Below are positions 36,015 through 51,237 of a stretch of 64,000 nucleotides of DNA, piece by piece (the stretch's first letter is position 1; each line of letters starts with the position of its first letter). The notes under the pieces were generated by a model. It worked only from the letters and a program-made list of their open reading frames with translations. It did not search any database and had not been told where the DNA came from. The translations under genes and the position numbers were made by a program. Source of the DNA: Lingula anatina (taxonomy: Eukaryota > Animalia > Brachiopoda); the NCBI GenBank assembly GCA_051362555.1, contig CM120644.1, positions 566,954 to 630,953 of the forward strand, written 5' to 3'.

Positions 36015-37952
36015 ATTTAAATTCTTTTTTAATTAGCACATATTTTACAATTTTCATATAATTTTTAGCCAAAAAAGTACGGGTAACTATAATAGTTGAA
36101 TAAGGTATTCCAGTGTGTTGCACTCATTGTTTTGTAGAATGAACTTAAAATCAAGAATGTAAAATCAGTGATGGCGCTAGAAGAGCCACAGTATATTTTA
36201 TTAATTTGTATATTTTTGGTGGAAAAATTTTATGATTATTCTTATTGCACATCAAAATGAAATATAGCTGATAAAGATAAGAGCACTTAAAGGGATAATA
36301 ACTCTTCGTTTCGGCCAAAAAATGAATTTTCCTGGAATAAACAACAATTTTCCCATACTTACCAATGGTTAATGAATCCATTTTTACATTCAAAGTTAGT
36401 CCCTGCTTTTTTTCTAAAAAGTTTGGTTTTTTGTTAAAATCTCTTAAGAGATTTTAACAGAATATAGCCATCAATGGAGGTCACATGGTCTAAAGACAAG
36501 CTCAGATATCAGAATAATAGCTATAACTGCCCTTTTTGTGGTAAAACAGAATATATTATATTTCTATGAGTTATTCACAATGTTTTTATTGTGAAATATA
36601 GATCTCATATGAAGAGTTATTATCGCTTTAACTTATTAAGTCACACAAGATTGTTCATATATAAAATTAAGTGAATTGTTTTCCCTTGCAATTCAGTTGA
36701 TGTAACTCTGCCAGTGTTTTTAGTTCATCCCCAATTTTTTTGCCTAAGTGGAAAACTCTGGATTGAATTAGTGCCTTTTGTAAGTCTCAGTTTGCAACTA
36801 TTCTCCTAGCGCTATCTGTGGATAAGTAAATTAAAAGTTGAACAAGTCAGCAACAGTTGTTCTCCTTTCAACGTGTACTTTGCTCATTTTTCAAACAGCG
36901 GGAAATCTTCAAGCTTAACTTTACTAGTCAGAAAAAATGCTGTGAATTTTTGTTTTCTTTTTTTACTTAACTGGCTGTTTTTTTTAAAGGAAGAAGTATA
37001 TTTTAACTATTTAAAATGTCATCAGCGTCTACATTCAGTGAACTTTGCCTTCAGTTAAGTTGTCAGCATGGGGTAATGCTAAAACATGGATTAAAATGAT
37101 GGTTTAAGTAAAGTGATAATGAAATCACCTGTTGGTACTGATACATTGTATAAGAGCTGTGACCTGTTGGGGCCAAGAGAAATACAACCTGCTGCTGCTT
37201 CCAGTAAATTGTACAACTCACACACTGCTGATAATAAACAGAACTACTGTGATTTTGTTAAGGTATGTCAAATATAACAAGTAGTTTTGGCCGTGTGTTT
37301 TTATGACATTGTTTATGTTTAGGATGACGTGTCATTTTTGGGAAATCTGAAAAAATGTTTTTTTTATATAGTGAGGTTTGCACACTTATTTTGCACACTT
37401 AAAAAATTATATTTCCATGATGAATTGTGTGACTATGTATCCTGCTGTATCAACTGATTCTTCTGACTTAAGACTGCTATATGACTGAATAATAATGTTC
37501 CTGACTTTTTAGTGCTACAGATGGCAGCAGTGTCTAGAGTGACACTGAGAATCTCATCACTGCTACTTCTGGCTGTCTATCCTCCTTTTCTCCACTCTGT
37601 CCTTCTTCTTGTTTTTACCTATTATTATTATGAATTTTAACAGAACTGATTTGCTAATATTCACAAAGTAATGCTTTATTGTTAGTTCTTAAAAGATACT
37701 GAAAAAAAAAATGAAAAGTTACTTTGCTTTTTGTAATAAAGGTCTTTTTTTTTAGCTCGAAAGTTCTTGTTAAAGTAAAATATTAGTTATTCAAAAGTTT
37801 GAAAATTTTAGATAATGACCATACTCCAGTAATCTAGCTTCCAGAGTGAATCAGACTCAGGTGGTGTACTGCTGAGCAGGTAAGGGACTGGCCAGGTTGG
37901 TCAGTAAATGTGATGTCATTAGTACTAGTTCAGGACTGGTTACATTTGGTAA

Positions 37953-38151
37953 ACCCCATTCCCAGAGATTAGATCGACCTAACTCCCTTGGGGTTCACGC
38001 TAAATAGCTGTCAGACGAGCGGGCACGAAAGTTAATTACCCCCTTACAGCTTGCAGTAGGCGGGACAGACATTTAAGCCGGATTATCTGACAGTAATCTA
38101 GTGAGACTCCCCACTGGGATAGATCGATCTAATATCTATGGAAATGCGCCC
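37953..38151 (+). mobile_element. PIF/Harbinger-like MITE, family 1
   Basis: Colinear with 1424-1638; TAA on both sides. Confidence 0.8.
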
Positions 38152-41100
38152 TAAGACTCTAATCAAGATATCTAACTGACGTGGACTGCCTGTAGACAAC
38201 TAACAGAAAGATGTAGAAGCTAGATAAGTTGGTCGTTGGTATTTCTTCAACCCAAAGAATCCAGATTTTATGTCCAGTGGTGTTTGTTTAAACTGGACAC
38301 TGGCTATTTCCACCTGCCATAAGAGAAGAATATACCTTGGCTTAGAGAAAACTGATAACATCCAGATCATATAACTGACATGAGCCACCCATCATCAGCA
38401 CTTCTTCTCTTCTCTCTTAAACTCTAAACAACCCCATGATTCCCACTTCACAGCTTCAGATGTATTCAGATCAGATCTAACTTAGGTCAGAAATGGCCCT
38501 CCTGAACTCCTGCTATGTGCAGTGGAATAGTGTACCCAGCAGGTGGTTTAGTAGGTTATGTGTATGTCCCCCTCCACCCTTCCTATAGCTTTAAAGTAAC
38601 TCGATCCCTTCACTATCCTAATTAACAGTATAACAAGGAAAAAGCCTCGTAGCCAGAACTCATAAAGGGGAGGGGGGATTATATTTTGTAAAAGTGGACA
38701 TTTTACCATGTCACCTCAAGTACTTAGCTTAAAATTTTACCAAGGGCAGACCTTCTCCAAAAAGATTAGTTTGCTCCCCCCTCCAAAAGAAAAAAAAATC
38801 CTCCCTGACTACGTTACCAATCAAATTAAAGCCATATCTTTTTCACCCCTTCCCTGGAAAGTCCTGGCTCTAGCAGATTTCGGTGTTTGCTCCACCAAGA
38901 GATGAGCCAGCATACAAGTAGAAGTAAGACAGATAGCTATCTCTTGTCTATGTAGACACTTAGCTGTGAGCCGCCAGCTCACAAATACAGCATCCATCAT
39001 ACAAAGGTGATAGAGGGGGTTCAGTAGGCAGAAAAACTCCTAGAAATTTGGCAGAATACTCAGATTATTCTGAATTATGTGGTTTAGGATTGCAGAAAGT
39101 GATTTCTCTCTCTCTCTCGTTTTCTATTTTCTGTTTACATTTCATAGAAAAAACTTTCCACTGACAACTTGTTGAGGTGAAACTTCCAGTAGAATACCTT
39201 ACATGACATAATAGTTCATGTGACCTATGCCAACTGCTTCTAAATATATTTTGTTTTTCTCAACTATCAGTTTCCTGTAAATGAATAAATAGTTACTATT
39301 TAATGATGAATTTATTAGAGAATAATAATATTTATAAATAGTGTTATTGAAAATAATGAAAACTAGAATTCAGTGAAGAATTTTGACTACTTAATAAATC
39401 CTGGTGTAGTATTGGTGTACATTCAATGTAGCCCCCATATGTCAGAGAACATTAGTTTATGTCTTCATCATATTACACAAGTGTGTGAGGCTGCAACAGA
39501 ACAGGAAATCTTAAACTAAGATATCCTTAAATCAATTTAAGTGTTTTAGCAACAATGCAGGGTTGAGAGTTAAAACTATACTTTCTGTCTTGAGTAGCAG
39601 TGCAGTTTTAAATTTTAAAAATGACTGAAAAAAAAGCATCCTGTCTGAATTAAAATTTTAGATACATGTTCAAGTTCATTACATGCCTTTAAATAACCCA
39701 TAGTGTCAGCAGCAATCAGAAGCTGACTGCATCATAATCCTGAAGTATATGTTCCAGCATGTTGATCTCTCAGTCTCAGTTAGTGTCATCGTCAGCCAGT
39801 GATGGCATGGCGGGCTAGGGGGCACCTGTGACGCTGAATTATGTACCATATTATGAATTGTGATATGTGCTGCCGTAGTGGGCTGTCTGATAATGTTTAT
39901 TACGTGGATTTTATAATATCAAAGTTTCATTTGAGTGTGTTTGTAAAGCAGTCTTTACTCCATGTATTGGATGTCAGGGGGGAGAGACAGCTGAAGGTCT
40001 AAGGCTGGTATTTATACTCTGTTCAGTTGCTCTAAGGTACATGAATGTCTATATATTGATTTAAACTTTGTAATCATAGTTATTAGAAAGGAATTAATTT
40101 GTCATAATGCATTGATTATGTATTGTACAGTTCTTCATCAGCTGTGGAACAAATGTACTTAAGACTTGAAATATTAATGAAGTTGTTGATAGGAAATTAC
40201 TATTTTTCTTTGTATTAAAAGTTGTCAAGATTTTATCAAAATCCATTACTGAGAACCTGTATTTTGACTGGCTATCACTTAAAGCTAAAGTCCAGGATTG
40301 TTGCAGAAAATGGAGACATTTGAGAAACGTGTTACAGAGTTTTATTCATTGTCAGGTATACAGGTAGGCAGTGGATGTCGCAGCTTGATAAATCTTACTT
40401 TAAAATTTTGTCAAAGAGTTAAGAGATGCTGCAGCTTACTAAAGAAAGAGAAACATTTTACAGAAGTTTTGTTTCTGTTGAAAAAGCAAACAATTTATTT
40501 GGCCTAAGATGTTCTGGAAAAAACTATTCATATAAAGGAGCTGATCCTGTCTTGTGGTCTTGGACATCTCAACTAAGAGGCAGGGTCAAAATTTGATGGT
40601 AAAGGGTTAAGGTCTGGTTATGACAGGGTTAATGTCTGGGTGTTAAGTTCAGTGAGGTTTTATTAACAGTTTCACTGCAGCACGTGTTCACAGACCAGGG
40701 TAACTGTATGCGCACTGAGTATGTGAGAAATCCAGTTTTCACATTTTTGAAAAGTGTTTTAAGTGAAGCTTCCAGCAGGTGAAGAGTTTGGCTGTGTTAA
40801 GACAGATTTTTTTATAGTTGAGCTGTTTAGTTCTCAGGTTGAACATTCCGTATGAATTTATCATGTATGTGAGACTGCCCTCTCTCTGTCTCTCTTGACC
40901 CCCCCCCCCCCCCCTCCATGCCAGGAGGATCATAGTACTAAAGACACTGGAGCTTTGGTTCAGTTGTATGTCAAGAAATTTTAAGTTGTGAATCAGTCAA
41001 ACTTTAAACCTTGCCTGGATTCAGACATGAACTAAGAAGAAATCATAGTTGAAGACAGCTAGCCTGTAGTATATTATGTTCTAGATTTGACTAACACCAA

Positions 41101-44100
41101 GAAAATAATATGAGAACACATTTTTAATTGCTGAATGAGCATGAAGAACAATGCTATATTAAATTAAATGTTCACAGTATGATATTTTTGTTGTGATGAT
41201 GATTATTGTGGTAGGAATTTCAGTGTTTTCTTTAAGTGCTTGGCATTTTCGAAAAAAGGGCAAGCACAAGAAACAAATATGCATAAATCTCCATGTGGTA
41301 AATTGTTGTGGTAATTTTTTTAACCAAAATAGAAAAAAAAAGGATCAAAATGACAAAATGTGTGATGTAAATAATAGTGATGAAAATAATTTTGTTGAAA
41401 AGTATTTGTAAATTTTTTAGTTATTCATTGAAAGTTAATGCTAGATCTAATCAGGATTAGAACTTTAAAAAAAGGAAAATTTTCAAAGAAAGTGCCATTG
41501 TTTCAATGTCTGAAAATAATGATAATTATTAAAAAATAAAATGTAACAGAAGTTTGAAAATGTTAAGTTGGTGCTGTCTAAGAAAAAGAGTACTTACAGA
41601 TACATTCAGTCGTACGTTGTCAGTATTTCACATGAACTAAGTCTGAAGTAATCAGCTGTCATTTCAGTTGAGATAATCCTCTCAGGGCGGAGCTTAGCCT
41701 AGTGAGGGGGTAAGCTGGTGCTCTATGGATTGTTGGATTATCAAAATATACAATATAATCTTATTTATTAATATTATAAACCTGGTGAACTCTTCAGTGA
41801 TGGATGATCCTGGGAGCTGAGGAGTGCTTAACAAAGTCTTTACGGGTAGTTAAGCTCAAGTTTTGTGGTCACTTTATGGCAGTTAACTTAGAACTTCAAC
41901 CTTATAAATGATATCGTTGTCCTTGAAATAATATCCACTGTTCAAAACCATTTGTTTTGACATATGACAGCTTATGACATTAAAAATAATCTAGTTTGAC
42001 AAGTGTAAATGAATGTTTGGAGTGCTCACTATGAAATGTCTTTGATATAAATTGAACTGTCTTTTATATCTTCTTTTAAATAACTGTAACCTACATTTTA
42101 TAGGGATTAAGTGGAGTCAAGAAAAGGATAGAGTAATATTGCTTTAGCCACTTGAAATCTTTGGGAAATGAAGTTCAATATGAAAAAGACTTCTTCTATG
42201 GAGCTATTGTTGGTAGGATAAAACTAAGCTGTCAGAAATGGTCAAAGCTAGAATCGGACTAAAGAAAATGAAAATTTTTTTATGCTCTATATACTACAAT
42301 ATTTTTTTTCAAAATTTTATCCAACATAAACATTACAGGTGATAGACTTAATTGAGTTCCATGTCAACCATAATATAGCATGTGAAGTTCAGCTTAAGTC
42401 CCTCCTTAATTCAATACAGTGTACTTCTTTTTTGCATGCAAGTACAAATTTGTAGTGTTATTTTGACAACTTATAACAACATTCAAAGAACTTTGTTTTA
42501 TTGTTTAACAAGTGACATTTGGTTTTTAGGTGCAGGTAGCATCTCAAGAGATAAGTGATTTTTAAAGTAAAAACTCCTTTAGTCAGTGAAATGGATTAAA
42601 CTTACATGACTGAATACAATTTCTTCCTACACAGAAAAAAAAACACTTGTTATTTTGGCCATTTTTTTATTATTTGACTGAGTACAAGTTATTTGTGAAA
42701 AAAGAAAAAAGCCCCCCCTCCCTCCCTCCCTAGACCCTGTACTCTTAATATCAGCCTCCTCCAACTTGGTATTACTGCCCATGGCTACTTTTTCTCTGAC
42801 GTATGGTGCACTCAGGTAGTGGGAGAACCTGGCTATTGTAAATATTTTTGGATGCTTAATTTGTTTACAAAGAAAACATGATATTTTATTAAATGAAAGA
42901 GATTCAATGAAGCATAACAGCTTGGTAGTATATTAAGTAGAGATATGGAAATATCCTTGGTCAAGAAGACTTACATGTACTCTAGGACTTAATTCTGTTT
43001 TTTTTTTTTTTGTATGAGGAAATTATTCAGTGTGTGCACAGTTAAGAAAGTTTTATATCAATTTATGTAAAGAGCACAAGTGGAATATGTTGAAAATAGA
43101 AGAAGTCTGGGAGTGGTGAATTTGTAGAAGTGGGTAGTATTGAGTGGAAATACTTGATGATTTAGGATGGTCTGTACCACTGTCTTTGATCAGCTTTCTG
43201 CTGGAATAAATTATGTAAATTCATCTACAAGACAACCATAAGTCTTCACTTAGCATGCGACAAAGATATAATTTGTTGTTGTAGTTATCTGTAAACTGTT
43301 TTATTTTCTTTTTTCCTTCTTTCTTCTTTTTTCTATTTATTTATTTTTTATTTTTATTTTGCTATTATATTGATCAAAAAGAGGCAGTAATGTTTGTTTG
43401 AAAAAATATGAATCAAGTTGATATTCACAAATCTGATTTGTTTCACATTTTTCTCCTTTCATCAGAAAGACGTCCACAGCCTAGCAGTCTCTCTCAGTTT
43501 TTCAAAAATCTTAATAAATGACAGTTATCCAATGTCCTCAATCCATGGTCTGCAATTTTGCTGCTGAGCTATGGAAATGCTGCACTATGTATGTGCTGAT
43601 TGTGGGTATACATTAAAAGAGGTGTGCTTGTATCTCGATTCCACAGATGCAGACCTTTGACGAAATGAAATATGTCTATTTTCACACCTTTATAGACCAG
43701 ACTGTAATCGGAGCAGGAGCATCGCTTTCTTCAGTAAACTTTTTTATCTGCATATGAAATAATTTTTTCTTTCAACCTTTTTTAATTGAATTTCAGTAGG
43801 ATGCATTTTAAATACTAAATAAAGAAAAGATTCAAATTAGTGAAATTATCAAAAGCCCAAATTTTGACTTAGTTATATATGAACAGTTTATTTCATTTGA
43901 TTAGAAATACTGGCATTTCTCCACCAAGAGGACAAACCTTTCAAAGATCCTCAGTAATTCTTTCCTGTATGAACAACTAGCACGGAATTAAGACAGTTTT
44001 TGAATTCACCTCAAAATAAAGCCAATCATGATGCATCATACATTATTGCAAATATTGTAATAGCCAATCAACCTTGTTGTTACATCACAGATGTTGATGT

Positions 44101-45631
44101 CTTCACAGCTGCGCATGTAGAAACAGGGTAAAGGGGGCTAATTTGGTCTTCTGCTCAAAGAACGGGAGGTGCAGCATTAAATGTTTGCAAACGTTCTTAG
44201 CCTGAGATGTGGCCTTCTTGTGGCCAATTATTGCCTGCAAGGTGTAAGACAGAACTGTGAACTACAAATATAAACTCCAGATTTCAGCACATATATATGT
44301 CCCACTGTTATATCAAATAAGATCAGAATAGAAAAACACATGGCATTTGTTTCAGTACCTTAGATAAGTTTAATGAAGACAGTTGGGTTTACATATGAGA
44401 AAAAAAAAGTTATTTTATGATGTGTTTTGATATATCTGTGTGTGTCTACTGCTGGTGGTACGTACCCTGAAGGCTGCTTATACCTCTCTGAATATTAGGA
44501 CAAAAAGCATTTTTAAAGTACACTTGGGTGCCTCTGGATTTTAGAACAGATTATTGTAAGAGAAATGTGAACATTCAAGATGAGGAAAATCCCTCATCTT
44601 GTCCCAGGAAGAAGAAAGAATTCACCAGAACATCATTTAATGAATCTGCAGGATTACAAAATAGCTGGCATTTGTTATCAGTTGAAAACCTGGAGTCAGC
44701 TGGCAGCGGAGATCGCAGCAGCAGGGACTTAATTACAAAGAATTCAGATTTCCAGGAGTTATGTCTGATGCTCCGGGAATTCCTAGACTGTCAGGTAACT
44801 CCTGGAATCTGGAAATAAGAGGAAGGAGAGCTAGGCTGGGTATTAAGGTGCAGTGAAGAGGGGGGAGATGGGGAGGGGGGGGAGTCTCTCAACTGATGAC
44901 TTAAATCTACCGAATAGAGAAAGCAGGTCTTTGTATCACAGGAAATAAGTTTTAGTCCCAAAAACTGACTTTGAGACTTCTGTGATAGGGTTGACACTCT
45001 CCCCCTTCTCTCTGTATAGCCATTACACAATCAGCGTTATGATCAAGTTCTTTATGAATTTTTTTAAACACAGTTTTCATATTTTTACTATACAAGTTTT
45101 TATATCATTAACTTCACTTTTCATGTGTATCAGTTGCCACACTCCACTCATTTGAAAAATTTATATTCAGAGGTGTACCAAACCTTTGTCATATCCTCAG
45201 TTAAGGCAGGGTTAGATCAGATTGGGTGAGGTTTGTACCCCTCTGTGTGTCCTGTGTCCACCTGTACACACACTGACACCGTCCATTACCATGTCCAGAC
45301 CAATGGACAATGGCCATTAGTGACCGGCCAGCAAGCAGGTTAGATAGATATCAAATCAAATAAATATATCATGGCTAACTTTTAACCTAGGGGCATTTTC
45401 TCTCCTGACCAAGTGAAACATGAGCCCTGTTTACACAGAGCACTCCGGTTTCATGCCAAACACCCCTGTGTAATTAATACATGGAGGAGTTGATTACGTA
45501 ACTTCACAGAGGGTCCACAGCATGTAGAACAACAATCAGAATGTGACTGTTGGGAATCAAGGATTGTAATCAAGCCTGTATCTTTTATGTAGTTTTCTTG
45601 ATTTTGAACAAAGTGGCCATGCATAGACTTA

Positions 45632-45884
45632 GACTGGTTTTCCATCACTAGATCAATCTAACAGGATCGATCCATCTCCAAGGGGTTTCTTGCTAAATTG
45701 CTTTCAGCTTAAGCGGCTTAGATGTCTAGCTCACCTGCTGAAGCTGCTAAACCGTAATTATCCCCTATCAGCTTCAGTAGGCATGTCAGACTTCTAAGCC
45801 GCTTAAGTTAAGTGCAATTTAATGAGCATCATCTAGGAGATAGATCGATCCAAAGTTAGTGTGATAGGGTCTAGGAATGGTCCC
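45632..45884 (+). mobile_element. PIF/Harbinger-like MITE, family 2
   Basis: Colinear with 8909-9156; TTA on both sides. Confidence 0.75.
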
Positions 45885-48800
45885 TTAAATATCATACTGG
45901 AGTCCAGAGATAAACGTGACACCAAGGATGGCAACAGACACAGTCCACGGCCACATGTTGACGGGTGTGAATGGAACCCTCGGTATGGGTGCATGTTATT
46001 AGCTGGTCCATGGACGACCCGTGAAATGAGTTATTAGAAACCTGCTATTGTGCAAGCTACTCACCTCTGCTAGGTGGCTGGTCATTATAACATGCATGAT
46101 TTATTTTGTAGAAATTATTTTCATGAACTGTGGCCTCTGACTTTTTGTGGAAATGTCTGTAAAGGAAAGAACTTGGCACAAGATAATCTATTTTTTTTAA
46201 TATTGCTTGCTGCTATTTTGCCGCAGTAGAAGTTTTAGAATTGAATACATAGGATAGATTTATACTTTCAAGTTAAAATTTAATTTCATCTGCCATTATA
46301 ATATCTCTTCTGTTTTAAGTCTTTCTCAGTTTTATCTCTGCTAGTGGCTATTCTATCCAACAATTTACTTCACAATTTTAAAATATATATGTAGCTGTTG
46401 TCTGAGTAAATTGATATTTTAAGGTCAAAATCAATTAAGTGTGATTCATAAGACTTAGTTTGGAGTTTAAAAGAAATGTTTTTATTACCCCTTTAAATTG
46501 TATCATTGACATACATAATCAATATAAGAAAACTGGTCCAGACCCCTGCTAGAGACCCAGCTGTAAAATTACATAACATATATTGTTGTATAATCAGAAA
46601 GATTTCTTAAGGAATTAAGAGTATGTTAAGCATAATTAAGTCTGGATAGTAGTTAATAATGCCATTTTAAGTCCATTATACTTGGAATACAGTAACTGTT
46701 AATGTATTGCAGGTCTTTAATGAAGTAGAGAGGTATATGAACTGGAAAACCAGGGAGGGGAAGGGGGGGGGTGGTTGTTCAGCTGAATATATAATAATTG
46801 GGCTTGTATTAAGGGCTGAGTGTAATTAATGACAGGACTTAGTGAAGAAAGGGGTAATATTCAACTTAATACTTTATGCAACCTGCGTTATGTCAGCTAG
46901 TGGAGTTCCCAAACAATTATTTTGGTTGACTGGGTAAGGTTTACAGTGCTTGGCTCTTTAGGCAATGTATACTTTATTATGCTTTATGAAAGACACTTTT
47001 GTCTTCAACTTTGACATTTTCGTCTACCTGGGAACATTGTTTTATTCCCCTTTTATTTCTCTTGATCTTTCCTTGTAATGTTTCATCTGACAACTTAATG
47101 GCTTTTGATAAATTTGTCTTTCTATTTTACTTATTTTATGTCTTCTAGCTGTTGATGGTACCCATAAAACTTTGAGAACAGAACCCAGCAGACAGGGTTG
47201 AAAATGTCGGTACATTAAGCATAACATGTCTTGTACAGTTAAGAAAGTTACATCAGGTATTACCAGCAGTCTCCACCCCCTCAGCCACGCCCCCCTCCCC
47301 CCTTCTTTGATCTGTAGCCTTTTTGTTTGTTGTCCCTCTTACGTCTTATAATATGGGTGAGTGGTGATAAAATATTTAGCTTTGATTTTCAAAAGAAGTT
47401 ACCAGTCCAGGGTTTGAAGTCAAAAGCCTTGCTGGACTTGCTTCTGCAATATATCAACAGATAAAATAATTTTCAGATGGGTGATTTTGAAAAGACAACA
47501 CGTCTGATATGTAGACAACCTACCTATAGACTTCTCTGCTTAGTCTTAAGATACAAAAATAATCACAGACTGTGAATTATGTTCGCTTTGAATAAAAACA
47601 GAGTCGAGATAAGATGCGTGTTGTTTCAGCAAAGGTACAGTTTTGGTCAGGAAAGGTGGTGTAAATTTAGAGGGGGCATTTGTGTCCCAAAAGTAAACTC
47701 TGACCACCTTTCCAATGAATTCTGCCTAACAAGAACCATGGCAATTGATGATACGAGTAGTTTGTAATTTTCTGTACATGTAATACTTGCAGTCAATCCA
47801 GATGTGGCATGTGAAGATGGCTTGGGGGGGGGGGGGGGGGTATCTTCTTTAGACTTTTCTTTTTGCAAACATGCTGAGAGAAGAGAGACAGATTCTTACA
47901 GTATTATCCTTATGTTTTTAAATGTACATACCCCTGTATTTCTTTTGATGAATGAAAGGAAAGAAATGTTTATTTGTTTATTTAAGATATCCCATAAAAA
48001 GTGTGCACAGTGTAGAATTTCTAACCCTCACACCCTCAAGTTTAATTAGCCAGCAGGCGTTGGTACATTTGGTATGAAGAAATGAGGTAGAGAAGGTATC
48101 TTTAGGTACAGATTTAACTGTCCTATTAACACCTCACCGCACATGTTACCTCAGCACGGGGACCACACACATGTGAACTTCTTCACCAGTTTACTTCTAT
48201 TATCACTGCTATGGTGAGCAGCATACAGAAGGCTGTCTGAGGCCACAGACTACAGGAGATTAGAAACTGGAATTATTATATATATAACGCTGATACAGAC
48301 AGGAAATTTAAAAAGAAAGGAAGAATTTGTTGGAATAATTCACTGCAGCGTATCTTGCTGAGTTTGCAGGTATTCACATTTAAGAAAAAAAAAATGTTTA
48401 TTATTCTTAGACAGTGAGACATCTTCAGTGGAAAATTTTAATTTGTGAATTTTTTACTCCATGCCAATATGTGTGCAAACATAAGCTGTATGCTGAAGTT
48501 TGTGTTCTCTGCTCTCTTATAGCATCATGTTAGAATTTCAGTTTTAAATTCATTTATTTCAAATGTTGCTACTTTCAATTTAAATAGCTCATTTTGATGA
48601 TTCAAAGTTCTAACCTTTTAAACCAAGAAATCACATTTTTTCACTTTAATTGTAAGTGAAAATAAGAGCTTTAAATATTTCAACAAAATATACTAAGGCA
48701 TTATAAATATTACTGTTTAGAAAAACAATATGCTCCAAAATATGTCTGAGTTTGCCATGGCGGTGGGGTAATCTGGTTAATGTTGAAAGATGCTATAGAT

Positions 48801-51237
48801 GATTGAGATATTTTATAAAAAAAATTGATTCCCAGTTTCTTCCTGCTGTCTCTTTAAGGGTGTCAGCCAGCACACACACCCCTGCTGTCAGATTAGGAAG
48901 CTTTTTTAAATCCCTGACATGCCAAGCCACCTTAATTAGATTTTAAAAGCTGGGTGTTATTTCAGAAGTGACATTTTAAATGCAGGTTAGCTGAATTTGA
49001 TTAAATGAAGCTGATCAAAATGTTTGCTGCTAATCCGTTCACTGGTTATTTATGTACAGGAAGTTTAAGAGAGATGAGAGATGTGGAAATACTGGTTTTT
49101 CAGTTTGGCAGTTGGCAGCAAATGTTCTTTTGCCACAATCTTATATTTTATGATATTCACAGTATCTATAATTAGCTTTTGATGTCAATCTGATTAATTG
49201 TTAGTTTGTGACAAGTTAAGACCATTTGCTACCAAGGAAGATAGAAGGTGTTTTATGCCATATTAATTAGTTTCTGCCCCCCCCCCTCCCACCTCCAAGT
49301 TAAGGTGGTCACTGGTAGCCCACCTCATCAGCCATTTCCAAAATAAAGGGATATCCCTTTGCTTATTTGTTAGTTGAAAACACCACCAAAGTCAAGTTAT
49401 GTTAGCTAGGGGGACCTGCAGTAATTGAAATATTAAGACAAAGGAAGCATTTCAAAGGAAACATTTGCTTGGAAAGAAAAGTTTCCACTTCACATTAAGA
49501 AAATGGACCATGTGATTTGAAGCTGTTCTCTATTTCTTTGATGGGTAATTTGTAATTTCAACATGATTAAATTCTAATGTTTGTTTCTCCGATTGGAGTA
49601 TTTGTACAGGGAGATTTTTAGTGTTTGTAGTGTGGTTTGAATTAGATTAAATGTTTTGCCAAAGAACTTACATGTTAGGAGTTTGCCTTTATTACATAAT
49701 GATTTTAAAAATCTCCCCAACATAGGTTTGATGATAAAATAAAACTTTTAACTTGTTTGGTTCTGGAAAATAATGCAGTATATTGTTTGAAGTTATGGAT
49801 GAAAGATTCAATTAGATTGTCACTCAGAGAAGATTTAGTTTGTTTCTCAATTATTTTTTAAACTTATTATTTCAATAAAAACAAAAAAACAAATAGGTTG
49901 ATCAATAATGGTTTGGCTATGGGAAAAAAAACAATGATACAGTACGTACACCTCAGATGTCTGTATCAAATGTGAAACAGAAGTAACATCAGTAGTCATT
50001 TGTAAACCTTCACATTCTGCAGGGTTAGTTAGGGTGGATACAACTGTTCCAAATGCCAACATTATTTCTTCTCATTCTGAGAGCTCAATAAACTGATTCT
50101 ATATATACACAGTAAGACATGGAGGGCAGTTAGGAGAAGCTTTGAAGTGGAGTGTAAAGGAGTTAAAAGAACAGGTGCCCTGCCTGGCTCTCTGCGTGCT
50201 CTCATGATGCGCTGTAAACAAGTGGGGTTAGTTTTTTTTCTTATTTTTTATTTTTGGGTGGGGAGGGGGGGGGGGGGAAGCATAACTTTTTTATCTTTTT
50301 TGGAAGTTGGACTCAGAACTTAATACTTTTGATCGTGAATGATGTGTAACTATGTCCTCTTAATTATATTATGATCAGATTGTACCTTAGTGTTTAACAT
50401 TGTGGGTATCTCATCCCTTATTATATATGAAGGTAATATCCATCTGTACATTTCTCCCAGCTCATACTGGTGCCTTAGTTAAAATAAAATCTTCTTTAAG
50501 CTTTTTCAAGATCTAATCCTCCTTTCATTCCCTCAGACACACAAAGAACTGAAAAGAAAAAAATTAAATAGTTATATGCCTCATCTTCTCTGGAAATTCA
50601 GAGTTGGTCCATGTAAAATGAATCAGATAAATTTTAAAAGCTGCTGTCATTAGGCTATGAACTTGATGACTTCATCCAGTATCATGATGGTCATGGCAAC
50701 ACTTAGAAAGTGCTGACAGCTGAGTTGACCTGCTATTAACAGAGGTGCTGACAGGCACCATTTGATTGACTTCAGGAGGGTAGCTTGACTATATAGGACA
50801 TATACTGATTAGGAAGATTATTTAAGAATTCACTGAATACTATCATTTTTAAGAAGAGTAGAAATGGGAGCAATGAGTCCAGAAGGCCATAGAGATGTGT
50901 CCTCAGGGTTGGGGGAGTGGGGGCAGATTTGGCATGTTTTCAGAGAGTAAATGGTTCACTGACCCTGAAAAGGGTAAGAAACTATTTTAGAGCAGTAAGT
51001 GTGGCAGTATTGCCAGGGAAACTTAGTGGAAAGTTTCAGTAATTGATAAATTCATACAACATGAATAATAAATTCCCCCAAAAAATGTTTTTCGTAGCAT
51101 CTTAGAATGCTAATTCAAAACATTAAAGCAAAGATATGTCTGAAAGTGCATTTATGTGAATAACAAGAAATGATAAGTCTTGCAAAAGAAAAATATTTTT
51201 TGAAAAAGTAAGGTATTCAAAATACGTTAGTGAGGTT

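Noticed and set aside
35000-51200. Short ORFs of 60-96 aa in the long AT-rich stretch
   Set aside because: No recognisable domains or convincing splice-bounded coding exons; small exons could still be missed by eye.
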